From Haliotis rubra (taxonomy: Eukaryota), in NCBI RefSeq assembly GCF_003918875.1, contig NW_025767590.1:2108001-2172000 (forward strand): a DNA stretch of 64,000 bases, given 5' to 3'. The number at the start of each line of letters is the position of its first letter. The stretch's first letter is position 1. Of the stretch, positions 34,561-47,924 are shown one piece after another. The position numbers were made by a program, and so were the translations under genes. A model generated the notes under the pieces. The model saw only the letters and a list, made by a program, of their open reading frames with translations, made no database searches and was not told where the DNA came from.

Positions 34561-37500
34561 CGTCCCCTCTTGCGAAGGATAGGATGAATACAGTTTTACG
34601 CCGCTTTCAACAGCTATACAGTAATATCTGAGCACATGCAGGGGCTTGTAACGCAGAAACAGACATCAAGGCATATAGTGTCACTGACGGGTCTTAGAAC
34701 TACTTCAAAATAAATATATTTATTGCATGTACTTTGATGCCTGTTTCTTGCCCCTGTGGATCTAAGAATGACAGCGTATGGATCATGGCAATGAGAAATC
34801 TGACATATCACGATTATCGCGTTCTGCATGGATCTACATTTTAGAGGGTAACTCCCGTAACACTTTTCAAGCAATCGGCAAGCGCCGAGCGTTCTATTTC
34901 CATCAAGAATTAATAACACTTTAGGCAATGGTCCTATCTGAACATGCAATATCCTGTCGGACTATAGACAGTTGCCACACGGATCTACCAAGCCTCACTA
35001 CTAGTCTGTTTTAAATGGATGTGTGAGTGTGAAGCCCATTTCTGGTGTCCCCCGCCGTGACATTGCTGGAATATTGCTGAAAGCGGCGTAAAACTAAACT
35101 CAATCACTCGAAATGGATGTACAGGCGATTTATCCGTATGATCGGCACCGACGACACGTCAAGACTAGCCGACAGTACAACATCACATGCCTTTCATAGG
35201 ACAACTTGTTATTATTATTTATGTAAACTATTAATTACAAGTTTATACCATTCATAATACAATTAGAGCCATGTGCAAGTGTAAGACCAACACCATGGAA
35301 CATTTAACACCCCACTTATCTACACTGACGTACAAAAGAAAGAATACACCTGTTTTTGGTTTTTGTTTTTTGTGTGCGTGCGTGTGTGCGTGTGTGTATT
35401 TATAAAAACCCATCCAAGGTGAATGTTTCGAAAAGTGATTTGTGTATGTGTTGTCGCAAACGTTGTGTGGGTGTTGCCAAAAGACCACGTGTCTACGGGG
35501 TCACGGGGTATTGGTTATACGGGTGACAACTATCTGTGGGGTATTCGTTCAAAGGGCCATCTCTCCACGAGCTATTCGTCAAGGGGGCATCTGTCCGTGG
35601 GGTATAGGGTCATGGTGATAATGGTTAAAAGACGAAAAGACGACAGTTAAAAGATGACAATAATTCCATCCTACAAATCAGATTACATGTCACATGATTT
35701 CCAAATTTCTCCGCCCGGGTGGATAGACCGCTGACGTCAATACCCAGTTTATTCTGGTATATGTTTCCAGGTTGAGTGTTAACACGGGATCTCTAATTTA
35801 AGAACACCACTATTCAGTCACGTATGCACAAATCAACCAAAGCCCTCTCTCATTCAACTTGTCTTACTCAACAGAAGTTTACGGCAAAAAGGTTGTTTGA
35901 CTGCAAGAGATAACCGCAAATAACAGAACACCAACCCACCTGGGTAAGTAAGTATAAAACAGTAAATAAATCATTGCAGTTAACAACAGCTCGAAGACCA
36001 CTGTTTGTCCAGGAGCTTGCCGTGCAGGTATTTCAGTCGTCCCGCATGGTTACACACTGAGGCTAGTCTTCCCATTAGTGGTTGGGAGACAACTTGAGAC
36101 ACACTCGTCTTGTAACAGAGTTGAAGTTGAACTGGGGGTACAACTTCATTGTTTGACACAGTTGTCATCAGCCCGCACCTATACCTTTGCAGAGACTGTG
36201 GCGTTATAGCCCGGCTGCACATTTGAGTATTAATCATTTCAACTGGGCGAGGCTTTGTCGGATCTTGTATAAAAGTTTCTGAACTTTCAGCAACAGGTAA
36301 GTTTCTTGTTTTCATAGATCGTAATTTCTGTGTAAATTATCAAATAGCAGTTTTAATCTGTTGTGGTTATCGTGATGCCATTACGTAACTTAGTTTTATT
36401 TGTGCTTGTTGTAGTTTAGTCAAAGACCGTAACTCGATCATGGCTATACCGCCATGTCGCCATATAACGAACAGCTATCTACGGCTAAAGGAGTACATCT
36501 CATGGCGGTGTTATTCAGGCGTGGAAACTCCGTTGAGCGCAGTTAGGAGTCGCTAGCCGTGTGTGTGAACGATGTCAGCACGTATTGCTGTGTTGTAGAA
36601 CACACGTTCCAAGTTCAGCCAAGGAATGTTGACCGACCACAATGTTATGGCGTTTCATTGAAATAACTGTCGACCTTTTTTCTGAAGCCAATCCCTTCCC
36701 ACGACCCTTCAAAAACTGACACTGTGAGATACTTATACGCCAGTTGGTGAAAATAGACAAATATAGTTCACATCTAAACGTTTGTTAATCACACAGACAC
36801 ATTCCTTGCAAATGACACGAGTGTGATTGAGTGTTCAGTGGTTCATTTCGTCCACGGTGTGTTCAAAACATGGCATAGCTACATATCCTGGTAGTATAAT
36901 CAAAGAATTTCCACGAAGTCATCGTCAAAGCGTTAAGAAACAACGAACGAAACAACATGGTCTGTTGAGTTGACGCTAACAATGGGAGCATCTTCGGTTA
37001 CGGCAGGTGTATATCTAATTACGCTGTAACGGTCTAATGGCCTCTGTGTTTTAGATAGGTGACCCTCTCATATATATGTACAAGTATACACACCATCACA
37101 GTTATATCTGACTCGCACAAGATTCAATAAATTCAAGACTGTATTAAATGGACAGGCAGTAACTATATTTATCATCAATACAGTCCCTTGCTCGTGGGTT
37201 TCATCAAAGTGACAAACGACAACTGACAAGCGTCACTTCGGACTTCACATCAAGTTGACACGCCGATAAATTAAGTAATGTTCAAAACAACTTTAAATAA
37301 AGATCACTGACTTTTATCTTTCGATTGCTATAACTGACTTTACCATAAGGGTCAAAACCAACCACGAACAAGAATGCACCCCCACCCCTCTCCCTCGTTT
37401 TGAGTCAATGACCCCGTTTCGTCGATACCTGTTTGAAAGCAACCATCCATGCACGACGGTGTTTCCTCTCTCAGAGACAACCATCTTGTCCAGCGACACA

Positions 37501-38321
37501 CAGCGTACATATAAGGCGCTCTACATCTTTTGTATATGCAACAGACCTTAGGTAGGGTTCTCTCAAAACCCTAAGCCACGCCGTGTTAGTCCTTCCCTGC
37601 TCTGATTGTCCCGTATAGGGGCGCAGGTTGTTACCTATAGTCAGTTTACTTGCATAAGGATTTCGAATCACTGATGGGTATCCTTGGAATAATACATAAT
37701 TTTGGGTTGACATATCGAGGGAAGTATAAGCAAACAGTCTTATTAATATTATATCTTACTGGTCGACGAATATCCAAAATCTTTTGAAGGTTGTGGAAAG
37801 GCTCTGTGTCAGTACAGGGATAAGACAAGCGTCCGTCTTGAACCACCTATGGGTATTGAAGGAGTGGGTGAATGATGTTTACGCCACTTATAGCAATATC
37901 AATGCGGAGGACATCAGACAGTGTCTTGACACGTCGAACCTTGGTCTTCGGCGTAACGAGCGAGTCTTTAACCACTAGGCTGCCCAGCCGCGTGGATTTG
38001 AAAATCACGCATAAAAACAGTGCGATACACTCCAGAAAATGTTTATTAATGAGTTCAATGCTCCCCAGTTTACACGTGCATGTTCATGTGAGGCAGGTTT
38101 TCAGGCTCATTTCAAATATATATTCCCTTGGACACAATCTGTACCAAAATATGTTCTGCCACACCTAACACTATTACCCCAACCCCGACTCTTAACCCAA
38201 ACCCCTACATATGTATGTAATATGTATATATGAAATATGACATACCACCCTACATGCCAATTACTACCCTTCCTACCTAGTCTTATATCTTGTACTACTT
38301 TCTGTCAACTACAATAAAGTA

Positions 38322-38457
38322 AAACAGTAAGATTGTTTATTGATAACAACTTCTTTTATGATATATGATGCGACGTTTCGGTAAGAAGTTGTTATCCATA
38401 AACAATCTTACTTTCTTATTAGTCACCAACTTCTAAATGCCAATCAAACAGATCATC
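38322..38457. mobile_element. Second Penelope-like remnant
   Basis: Inverted arms AGTAAGATTGTTTAT.GATAACAACTTCTT / AAGAAGTTGTTATCCATAAACAATCTTACT; same CCAACTTCTA.ATGCCAATCAAA end as 27680-27839; TSD ctacaat(a/g)aagta. Confidence 0.6.
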
Positions 38458-39019
38458 CTACAATGAAGTACTGCATCGTCTACCTTGCTAGGACACTTCT
38501 AAATATAAAAGTACGGTGGCAGATTATTGCGACGTTCTGTAGAATGTAAATGCTTAATGATCAAGTCTTTTATCTAAGGGCATGTTGGGGTATCTGTTCA
38601 ACTCCGAGAAAATCGGTCTGGGTCAAGGACTCTCCAGTTCAAATATCCGAAAACGCTTTCCGAAAAACTCTAAGATCCAGCTTTCAATTAATATTACACA
38701 ATGTGGACGGGTCGGCAAAATGTTGTTCACGCACATATGGGCCAGATTATTCCCTAATACCCTTCCCTTTCACACAAAACCGTTCTCAGATGTGAACATT
38801 ATTACATGACCGTTTATTATAGGGAGGGAGTATCCTGGAAGAATGTTACATGTAACATAACAAATTTATAATAATTAACCAGTCCATATGATGAATCATA
38901 AATAAGAAAGACTAAAAAAAGGAATGCTTTGAATTTGCAAGGCGCTTGAGAAGGCCTGCAACACAACACTGACACCTTAGAAAGTCCTAAAATGTTGCGT
39001 TTTCTTTCAGGAACTCGCC

Positions 39020-39670
39020 ATGGCTCTTCACGTGTGTGCCGTGCTGATGGTGGCAGCCATTGGAATCGCACAGTCTGCTGATCTGGACTTTCACAAGAAA
39101 CCAGAGTGGTCGTACCAAACAGAAATAGACACCGACATCGAGATCCACTGCAACGACTCCGATGCCGTTGTCCAAGACGGCGATATGGTTAAGTGGCACT
39201 CTCCGAAAGGTATGGCAATCATGACCAGCAGTGACAAGTACCGCTTGTCAGACACAGGGCCTGTCCGTGGAATCACGCTAACGGTGAAGCGGGTTCAGCA
39301 TGAGGACAGTGGTGTGTACCTTTGCATGGTTTCCAGAAACATGTTTTTTGTCAGAAAGATCAACCGAGCAATCAACTTATATCAACCTAGCATGCGGGAC
39401 AAGTTCGACATGTACCGGAACAACGTCATGGTTGGCGGTATTGCCGCTGCCGTCTTCTTCGTTCCGCTGGTGGCAATGTGCGCCATCTACAAGTGGCGCT
39501 TCAAGACGCAGGAGGATCGGGATGCGTCGAAACATGCCAAGTACCTGCTGAGAAGACAACACGAGGCCGAGGCTGGCGAGCTTCCCACGAAATCTGCCCC
39601 CCACAACGGCGCCGCTTCCTATGATAATCCAGTTTTTTCCCCTAAAGATGCAGAATCCACACATCTGTAA
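39020..39670 (+). CDS. Single-Ig-domain type I membrane protein A (216 aa, one coding exon)
   Basis: Acceptor tttctttcag| at 39010 and Kozak gccATGG; signal peptide, Ig signature C..W..LTV...EDSGVYLC, TM VMVGGIAAAVFFVPLVAMCAIY, cytoplasmic YDNPVF. Confidence 0.92.
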   Translation: MALHVCAVLMVAAIGIAQSADLDFHKKPEWSYQTEIDTDIEIHCNDSDAVVQDGDMVKWHSPKGMAIMTSSDKYRLSDTGPVRGITLTVKRVQHEDSGVYLCMVSRNMFFVRKINRAINLYQPSMRDKFDMYRNNVMVGGIAAAVFFVPLVAMCAIYKWRFKTQEDRDASKHAKYLLRRQHEAEAGELPTKSAPHNGAASYDNPVFSPKDAESTHL

Positions 39671-39767
39671 ACAAAAATAACAAAAGAAACGTTTTCCCCT
39701 ATTGTTTCTTTTGCCGTTGATGTGGAAGGGAGGTTGATGTCCGAGGAGTAATTTTAAGTGAAATAAC

Positions 39768-39848
39768 CATTCGTAACTACTCGCCTCTTTCCGTGACCTA
39801 CAAGAAGAGCCATCCGGCTTGTCGGAATGACACGAGTAGTTACGAATG
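39768..39848. mobile_element. 81-bp MITE in the 3' UTR region; related transposon end at ~41080-41410
   Basis: 16-bp TIR CATTCGTAACTACTCG; flanks tgaaataac/taaaataac; a 36-bp reverse match ends at 41302. Confidence 0.7.
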
Positions 39849-39968
39849 TAAAATAACCTGATAACGATATTGCTCGAAACATATCTCAGTTAGACTTTCT
39901 TGGTGTTCTGAAAAAGAAATGTGTATGTCTGAAACAAAACAGAACCCCCTCACCTTAATCGTCTCTGC

Positions 39969-40432
39969 TTTATACCGGAACATGTAGTGTCACCAGCTGT
40001 CATTCGAACTCGCAGAGAAGCCTTTGTCCTTTTAACTCGTATATCAAGGGTATATATATATAAGACATGAACAAAGGCGCTAGACTTACAAGAGACTGTT
40101 TTAGACAATATACCTTTTGAAATTCTGCGTAAATGTTACCTTTCATGTGGTTCATATGAATGTGATTTACAATTTTCTTTGCTGTAATCGAAAGTATATT
40201 TTTATACCGGAACATGTAGTGTCACCAGCTGTCATTCGAACTCGCAGAGAAGCCTTTGTCCTTTTAACTCGTATATCAAGGGTATATATATATAAGACAT
40301 GAACAAAGGCGCTAGACTTACAAGAGACTGTTTTAGACAATTTACCTTTTGAAATTCTGCGTAAATGTTACCTTTCATGTGGTTCATATGAATGTGATTT
40401 ACAATTTTCTTTGCTGTAATCGAAAGTATATT
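39969..40432. repeat. 232-bp near-perfect tandem duplication
   Basis: TTTATACCGGAACATGTAG starts at 39969 and again at 40201. Confidence 0.92.
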
Positions 40433-41981
40433 TTTGTGATTTTTTTGTACGTTTTCAATTTTGTATCCAATAGAGCTTCCAGTATTTTACCCTTTTCGTA
40501 TCAATATCTACTTTATCCAATTTCACATATACCCTGTTTATTGAATAAACATGTTTTGTGCATGCCGTGTATGTAACGAGTGTAGGTATTGGTGCTTCCT
40601 GACTAATGAGTACAAGATGTTCCCTGAAACCTGAAGTGTCTTTCTATTTACGTGTGTAGTTTGTTTGTTTCATTGGCTCATAATAGAGAAAGGACAGGCT
40701 TATGTTGTATTGTTGTGTCGAACTTTAGAGCTACATTTCGCTGATTTAATAACATTTTGTGTTTTTTGCGTTTGTGTTGTAAAAACCGTAAAACTCGGTG
40801 TGAACATTTAGCGCAAAATACGCGGATTGGCACAGAATGAATACTGGTTTTTACCTCCATAAAGGCAAAAGAAATTTTGAAGAAGCATCAGTAGCGTTTT
40901 ACAATCACACGAATCATATGTCATTCCGTTGTTATTATTTATTAGAGGCCTCTGCTTAATGTGAAACACATGTTCGTACATTGTCTTGAAATAATGTGAC
41001 TGTTTTACTGTTGGCCTCCTACGACGTGAATCTGTGATGTTTTTTCATCTCTTAACCCATCCATCATAACCCACTCTATTCATGTCCAATAAATACCTCT
41101 TTGTATTCGAGACGATTCGTCTCATTCCGAGAAAAGCTTCCGAATGGCTTCTTGTAGCATTCCATACTAATTGTCACCCCTCTCCCCTTTCTGCAACCAG
41201 AAAGACCATTTCCATTTGTGACTAACTCGTGATTCCGGAAAAACACGAATAGGTTACGAAAAGGCATTGTAGGTCACGGAAAGAGGCGAGTAGTTACGAA
41301 TGACGAAAAGGGTCCAGTGTGGCCATTCGAGACCATTCGTGACCCATTCGTGTTATTCCGGTACAATCCGATTTGGCTCGTTTTTGGTTACGGAAAGGGG
41401 CGATTGGTGAAGCAGGATTCCAGACCAGTGCTTCTTCACCCGCACCAGGCAAGATATGGAGATTCTGTCCTGAAGGAAACCCAGTCTTCCCGTAGTTCCC
41501 TTGCCTCTGTAAACCAGCAAAATTGGTTCATTCTTTACTAATTCTATATTAGAGTATGTGTATTGTATATCTAGTGCAATAAAAATCTTGCCAATATATG
41601 AAAACGATTCTCATTCTCATTCAATGTTTTGCCGATATATGTCCTTCAGCTTGTTTAGATGCAGAGATAGAATATGTATCCTAGCAACGTAGTCACCCTG
41701 GTCGTTGCTCATATCAATCACTGAATTGTAGGGTCCAGACTCGAATATTTATAGCTAGAACTTGTGGCGTTAAACAACAATCACTCTCAGCTCACCACAG
41801 GTACAGTCGGAGATCAATTTTCGTAAGTTGTGTTCAACTTTCTGCTTCACTTTGGATTTTATTGTCGGCGTCAAACCCATGCGACTGACCCAAAACAATT
41901 GTGGATCATAGCAATGATTGTCAATAATTATTGTGTGAGTGAGTTTATTTTTACGCCGCTTTTAGCATCAATGATTATTGA

Positions 41982-42317
41982 GGTGAGGTGAAATTGGGTT
42001 TTACGTCGTGCTTGAGAATATTTCGCTCATATGACGACGTGCATGCGTGGCTGCTTGTACTAGCCCAGACTTAAGCTGGTTTTATAGTGCTAGCCCACTG
42101 AGATACCATGACGCAGTGAAGCATGAATACCCCACTCAGACACATTATACTGACTCCGAGCCGACCAGTCCTTGTTGTACCCATTAATGCCGAGCGCCAG
42201 GCAGGGACCAACAAGTACCATATTTTAACGTCTTTTGGTATGACGCGGTGGGGGATCGAACCCGCGACCTTCCGCTCTCCGGGCGGACGCTCTAACCACT
42301 ACACCACGGAGGCGGTC
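41982..42317 (-). mobile_element. SINE family C
   Basis: Family consensus with TSD caatgattattga. Confidence 0.92.
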
Positions 42318-43889
42318 CAATGATTATTGAATTATGGTTGTGTGTTATAACTAAAGTCTCCATCTTTATAAATAAACCTGTCACGCGGCTGCGTATAAAG
42401 ACGTGGAGCAGGTTAATCAGTGACTGATAGAATGAGCATCGGTCCAAACAGTCGGAGTGTCAGGACATACGAAGCCAGCAAGGCAACAGAGGTTTCTCCC
42501 CAGTCGCTACTCTGGCATAAACAGGCATTTCATAATTTTAAAACTTTATTTATTTATAATAATTTATTATGAGATTTTAATTTATTTGTGAAATTTTAAT
42601 ATTATTTTGAATAATTTCTAAATACTGTAAATGCTCGGACTCTTGGTGTAGAATATCGTATAATTTGGTGTGCGCACTTAAAATGTACATTGCATGTGGT
42701 TGTTATTTACGGGTACACATCGATATGAAAGTGGTCGTGGTCATTGTGCAACACATCGTAGATGTTTTCAAGTTCAGTCTAGGGTGTGGTAGCCCGGTTT
42801 AGCATCCGTTCGTGATACCAAAGATTTGGCTTCGTTACTGTACATTCTGTAAAGCTGATTCCCGATGACCTTGTAGACGTATCAACGAAATACACACATA
42901 AAAAAAGATAATTAAGCAAACACTTGTTGATCTGTGGATGATTTGCGATCAATCCTTAATTTTTTCAATTAGAAGCTAATCTACCTTAGATTTAACATAG
43001 TGTGTATGGAGCTGATGTCAGACTACATTACACAAGGGCAAGGAATGTTTTCCTACAATATGAGAGCAGATTATACTGCCGCTTCTTTTCTTCGTGCATG
43101 GGAAAGGTGAAAAAAACTGAGACAATGCAGACACTGTTTATTTACAGATACCGTTAATATGACATTTAACAAGATTGACGTCTTTCCCCAGTCTGAAAAA
43201 GAGACAACGAGGGGTAAATCTAATTCATTATAATCAGATCTACTCCAACAAAACACCCCACAAGGTAAAGATCGGACGACTCCTAGCGTGGATCGCGTCA
43301 GGTGAGTCTTGTAAATTCCTCGACAGTATTCAGCGAGGCATTCAGAGAAGCGTATCAAATTTTGTATATCTCGAAAAACAATGTGCGTATCTAATTTTGT
43401 ATATCTCGAAAAACAATGTAATCGGGTACCTCCGATTTCATAAACAAATGAGACCAGGCGCCGGCCAATGTATTGTTGTGAATATGTTTTCACCAGCGTT
43501 TCTTAGAATCATGGCATCTACTCCAGAATGGGAGTACGGTCTAAAGATATATTTGCTCTGGGTGCATGGGTTTTCATTTCACAAATCAAAATTTCCGAAT
43601 CGAGGTGGTAAAGACATGAAACGGAAACCTGACAATATACGACTGCCAGCACACCCTTCGCGTAGACTGGGCGACTAATTTTGGTGAGGGTTCATGCGAC
43701 GTAACATTATCTGAAAGCGTCCCCAGATCTTCACGCAGGCATCGTATATTGCAGTAAACGATGTGGTTTTGATGAGATTGAATACTTTGGACTTTTTCTG
43801 ATACTTACAAAAATATGATATTGAGATAATTATAATATAAAGCGCTGAAGTCCACGTCGCATGTTCTAAGCGCACACAGTATAATGGAC

Positions 43890-45162
43890 ATTGTAAGATG
43901 CTTCGCTAAAAGATCAAGGTGCCGACAGTACTTTATCGGTCGATAAAGTACACTTTTTTGTATGATGTCACACTGTATTGACGTCACTACGCCTTTCTCG
44001 TCTGCCCCCTCGTTATCAAACGTACCCTTGGTAACCGACGCCACAATGCATATAAGTTGACATTGCCTCGTACAGCCTCCTACAGTAAAATACTCCGTAC
44101 AGCACCACGTTTCTTGGTTAGCAGATGCTTCACTCGGCTAACGTCACTGGTGGAAACATTCCGTGTATGTTTTTCGACCCACAATTAAACGTGAACAATG
44201 TTTACATTCCCACAATGCATCCGTGAAATGTCGCGTGAGTTGTTTGCTTCATTTGGATACATGTACTGATCTAAACTTACGTTGGTAGTAGAAATGCGAC
44301 GTTCATATTGCCCTTAAATGGTTTGAAATCTTAGAAGAGATTAAACAATTGAACGTGACGTCAATGGAGTGGGCCGTCACACTTGCTTACGGTGTTTTAC
44401 TGCATAAATGTACATGAATAAAATGGATAATACAGAAATTGTTACATTCGAGCAATGTGTGTCATGATGTGTCGCATGACACACTTGCTCGTGTAATAAT
44501 GTCTATTTTTTTCCATTTTATGCATGTACATTTGTTCAGTATAACAGGGCATTCAAGTGTGACGGCCCTCTTCACTGACGTCACTTTCAATTGTTTAATG
44601 ACGTCACAGACAACGAAATGCAGAAACAATGTTTGCATATATACCATTAAAAAAGTAGTGGATATTCCATTTTGCGAGCATACCACTAGCCAATGCCAAT
44701 GGATATGAGAAAAGTAATATATATCCATACAGATGAAACATTTCCAAAGGAATGGAATAAATTGTCACATTTTCCTTTTAATTTCTGTTTCCTCCTTGGC
44801 TTCATCATTTACATTTTATCAATCTTGTAAATCCAATATCGCCAACTATTTTTGGGATGGTATATAATATACATGTATATGACACTGGTTTTGTTTACCC
44901 ATATGGGTAATAACATAATATTTTCACCAGTGATCGATGTTAGCCGAGTGAAGCAACTGCAACCCAACAAACGGGGTGCTACTGAGTAGTTTACTGTAGG
45001 AGATTGTACGAGGCAATGACAATATTGACATGCATCGTGGCGTCAGATACCAAGGGTATGTTTCATTACGACGGGGCAGACGAGAATGGCGCAGTGACCT
45101 TAATACAGTGTGACGTCATGTAAAAAAGTGCGCCTTTGATCTTTTAGCGAAACATCTTAGAA
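43890..45162. mobile_element. Non-autonomous DNA transposon with long (~260 bp) diverged inverted arms
   Basis: 43890-44158 is the reverse complement of 44922-45162 (e.g. TGCTTCACTCGGCTAAC / GTTAGCCGAGTGAAGCA); an extra end fragment at ~45395-45437. Confidence 0.75.
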
Positions 45163-45164
45163 TT

Positions 45165-45274
45165 AAGAAATACAGTTCGCTCTACCACCATGTCCTCGTG
45201 CTTAACTATAATAATTCAGGGCGAAGGTGTGCTTTATTACACTGTACATGGTGGTAGAACGAACTGTATTTCTT
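45165..45274. mobile_element. ~110-bp MITE
   Basis: ~29-bp TIR AAGAAATACAGTTCG(C/T)TCTACCACCATGT. Confidence 0.7.
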
Positions 45275-46419
45275 TTCTTAGATGCCAAATTTAATACTTT
45301 CAAAGGATAATTACGATTAATCTAAGGCAGAAAACAAACGACGGTGTTGGTGACCTAAATTTAGAATGCTCGCACTTTAAATCGTGTGATAATGTAGTGT
45401 CGGCGACTTTGATCTTTCAACGAAGCATCTTAGAATCATAATAGTCATTACCCCCATTAATCCAAGCTGCCTTTGAGGCGCTAGAAGGTTGTACCCACCG
45501 GGTACCCATTTTCTGATGAGTGAACAGAAGCAGTTTTAAACAATTTACTTGCTTAAGGTGAGATCATATGTGTCACGTGACAGAAGTCCTAGGGGGGTGC
45601 ATCCCCTCTTTTGTCCTGAAAGTTTATGAAATGGCCCGTGTAAACGGGTGAAAATGAAGTGTGCAAACTACCCCCCCCCCCCCTTTCTCAAGTTTATTAA
45701 ATGGCCCGTGTAAACGGGAGAAAATGAAGTGTACAAACTACGCCCCTCCTCTTTCTCAAGAGTGTGCACCCCTTCTTTCTTAAAAAGCTGTACCCGCCCC
45801 TGCGATCTGAGTTCGGTGCCTCATAATCAGGCTAAACTGCACTAAATAACACTTAATAAAATGAACAGTGAACATTTACAGCGTTAAATTTACCATCACA
45901 CCCTTGTATAAATATATAGATGGGTACTCTTCCGCGATCTGTAGGGGAGTACACGACTGTCTCAAATCCCAAATCAAGTCAAGAGGACTGCACTATTGTA
46001 GGGTTCCGGGTAGAGCGAATCACGGTCGACCTATACGCGTGTCTTCGTACTTAGGTGCTACCAACATCGATCACTGGATAGTCTGGAATATCTAGATATT
46101 GTTCAGGAGGATATGTAGCTTTTTATGTTTGCTAAGTGTGACATAGAAAAAAATACTGAACATTATTGGATGGGACGACAGAACAGCCAATCAGATACGA
46201 GGTAACATTTTGGGTTGCGGAACCACAGAGACATGGTGCCAGAAGGAGTAAGTACGAAGTAATCTTTGGGGATTCGAACCTCGTCCTCTGGATGACGAAA
46301 TGGTTGTGAAAAATCAAACAGAAAACGCAGCCACAAGACGTAATTAAGGTAATGTTGACATTATTACAATTCTGGCCCAACAACCATATAGCTTCATTAC
46401 TAAATGCCCACGTTTGTTT

Positions 46420-46640
46420 TGTTTATTGTTTAACACCACACTCAGCAATATTCCAGCTACATGGCGGCGGTCTATATATAATCAAATCTGGACGAGATAA
46501 TCCAGTGATCAACAGCATGAGCATCGACCTACGCAGTTGGGATACATCGTATGTATCAACCAAGTCAGCAAGCCAGACCATCCGATCCCGTTAGTCGCCC
46601 CTTACGCAAGCATAGGTTGCTGGAGACCAATTCTAACCTG
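46420..46640 (-). mobile_element. SINE family B
   Basis: Family consensus, reverse orientation. Confidence 0.8.
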
Positions 46641-47924
46641 GTTTATTGTCATTCTGGAATCACTATTTGACATTCATTAATCTTTCCTGCTCAGGTTTGG
46701 GTTACAGGTGGTCCAGCAGCCTCAACCTTCACAATTTGCTGTGCGGAATTGTGTCCCTTGGGTACGCCAGAAACTTGTGAACCTCATTTCAAGCTTTCCT
46801 CCTTCATCACACTGAATATAATAGGTGCTTGCGTGCCTGCATCCCCCTATTATCCTGAAACTTTATTAAATGACCATTTAAACTCTCTTCAAAATGAAGT
46901 GTGCACCCCTCCTTTCTCCATTGTTTGCACCCCCTTCCTTTCTTAAAAAGCTGTATCCGCCCCTGTACTGACATGCCATAATTATAATAACATGGGAATA
47001 CATGTCAAAGCAGCATTAAGCCAAGCTCCTGTCTCAGATACCTGCCTGTACCTGTGGAATAGAATAGGAACTATAACATGGAGTGATGACTGTTTCTTTA
47101 GTACTGTGTGATCTATCACTTTAATATGGAGTAGAGATTGTCCCTTTATCATACTGTATGGACTTTAACCAACTTAGATTTAGGACTACATTTTTATCAT
47201 GAAGTAAATAATGACACATACTTTCTTTTGCAGGTTCAAAACACGCTGGTTTTCGAGTCGAGTTATTTTCATGTTGTCATGTTTTTTGTACCAAGATGTT
47301 ACAGCCGAGATCTTTTCAGATCAAGGTTGCCAGCATAGTGTGTACTTGATATAGACAATCTATATCCTCAAGGCTGTTGCATGGTGAAGTGTCCAGAGAG
47401 GCCATAGAGCTCTTGCATTATATCGACAGTGTAGACAAAGCCTGACCAATATTATTCCACAGAGTGTTTGTACAAGGCTGTTCATTATTAAAACAGGCCC
47501 TGAGACAATTCTGAAATACTAAACTAGGCATACGTGTGAGTAAATATACACAGCCCAGATTCACGATATGTTGCTGGTCTCACCTGTCGACAGGTGTAAT
47601 TTATTATGCAGCTCTACTGACGATACATACGACCCCGTGTCTACTGCATTCTGTGTGACCTCGTACGCATTAGATATACATGGCACAGTCTATTGTTTGA
47701 GGGTACTCAGGCAACCTCTGGGACTTTTGGTCTGGATTTAGACCTTACTGTAGATATATTTTAAAGTAACATTTGTTTGTTACTTTGTTTGGCCTTGATT
47801 TGTCAAGGGACATATTAATGTTTGTGACTTAATAATTTGATAAATTATTAAATGATTCTACCAGTGCTGAGGAGTAGGGAGGGGATTGATGTGAGTGAGG
47901 CTTGTGTCTATCAGTTTCTCACCT

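Noticed and set aside
39768-41302. Composite transposon capturing the Ig gene A 3' UTR
   Set aside because: The 36-bp inverted match lacks a shared TSD, and the left end already pairs with its own terminus at 39848.
43071-43678. Overlapping ORFs of 140 and 167 aa
   Set aside because: No recognisable motifs or coding-like composition; includes a short tandem duplication.
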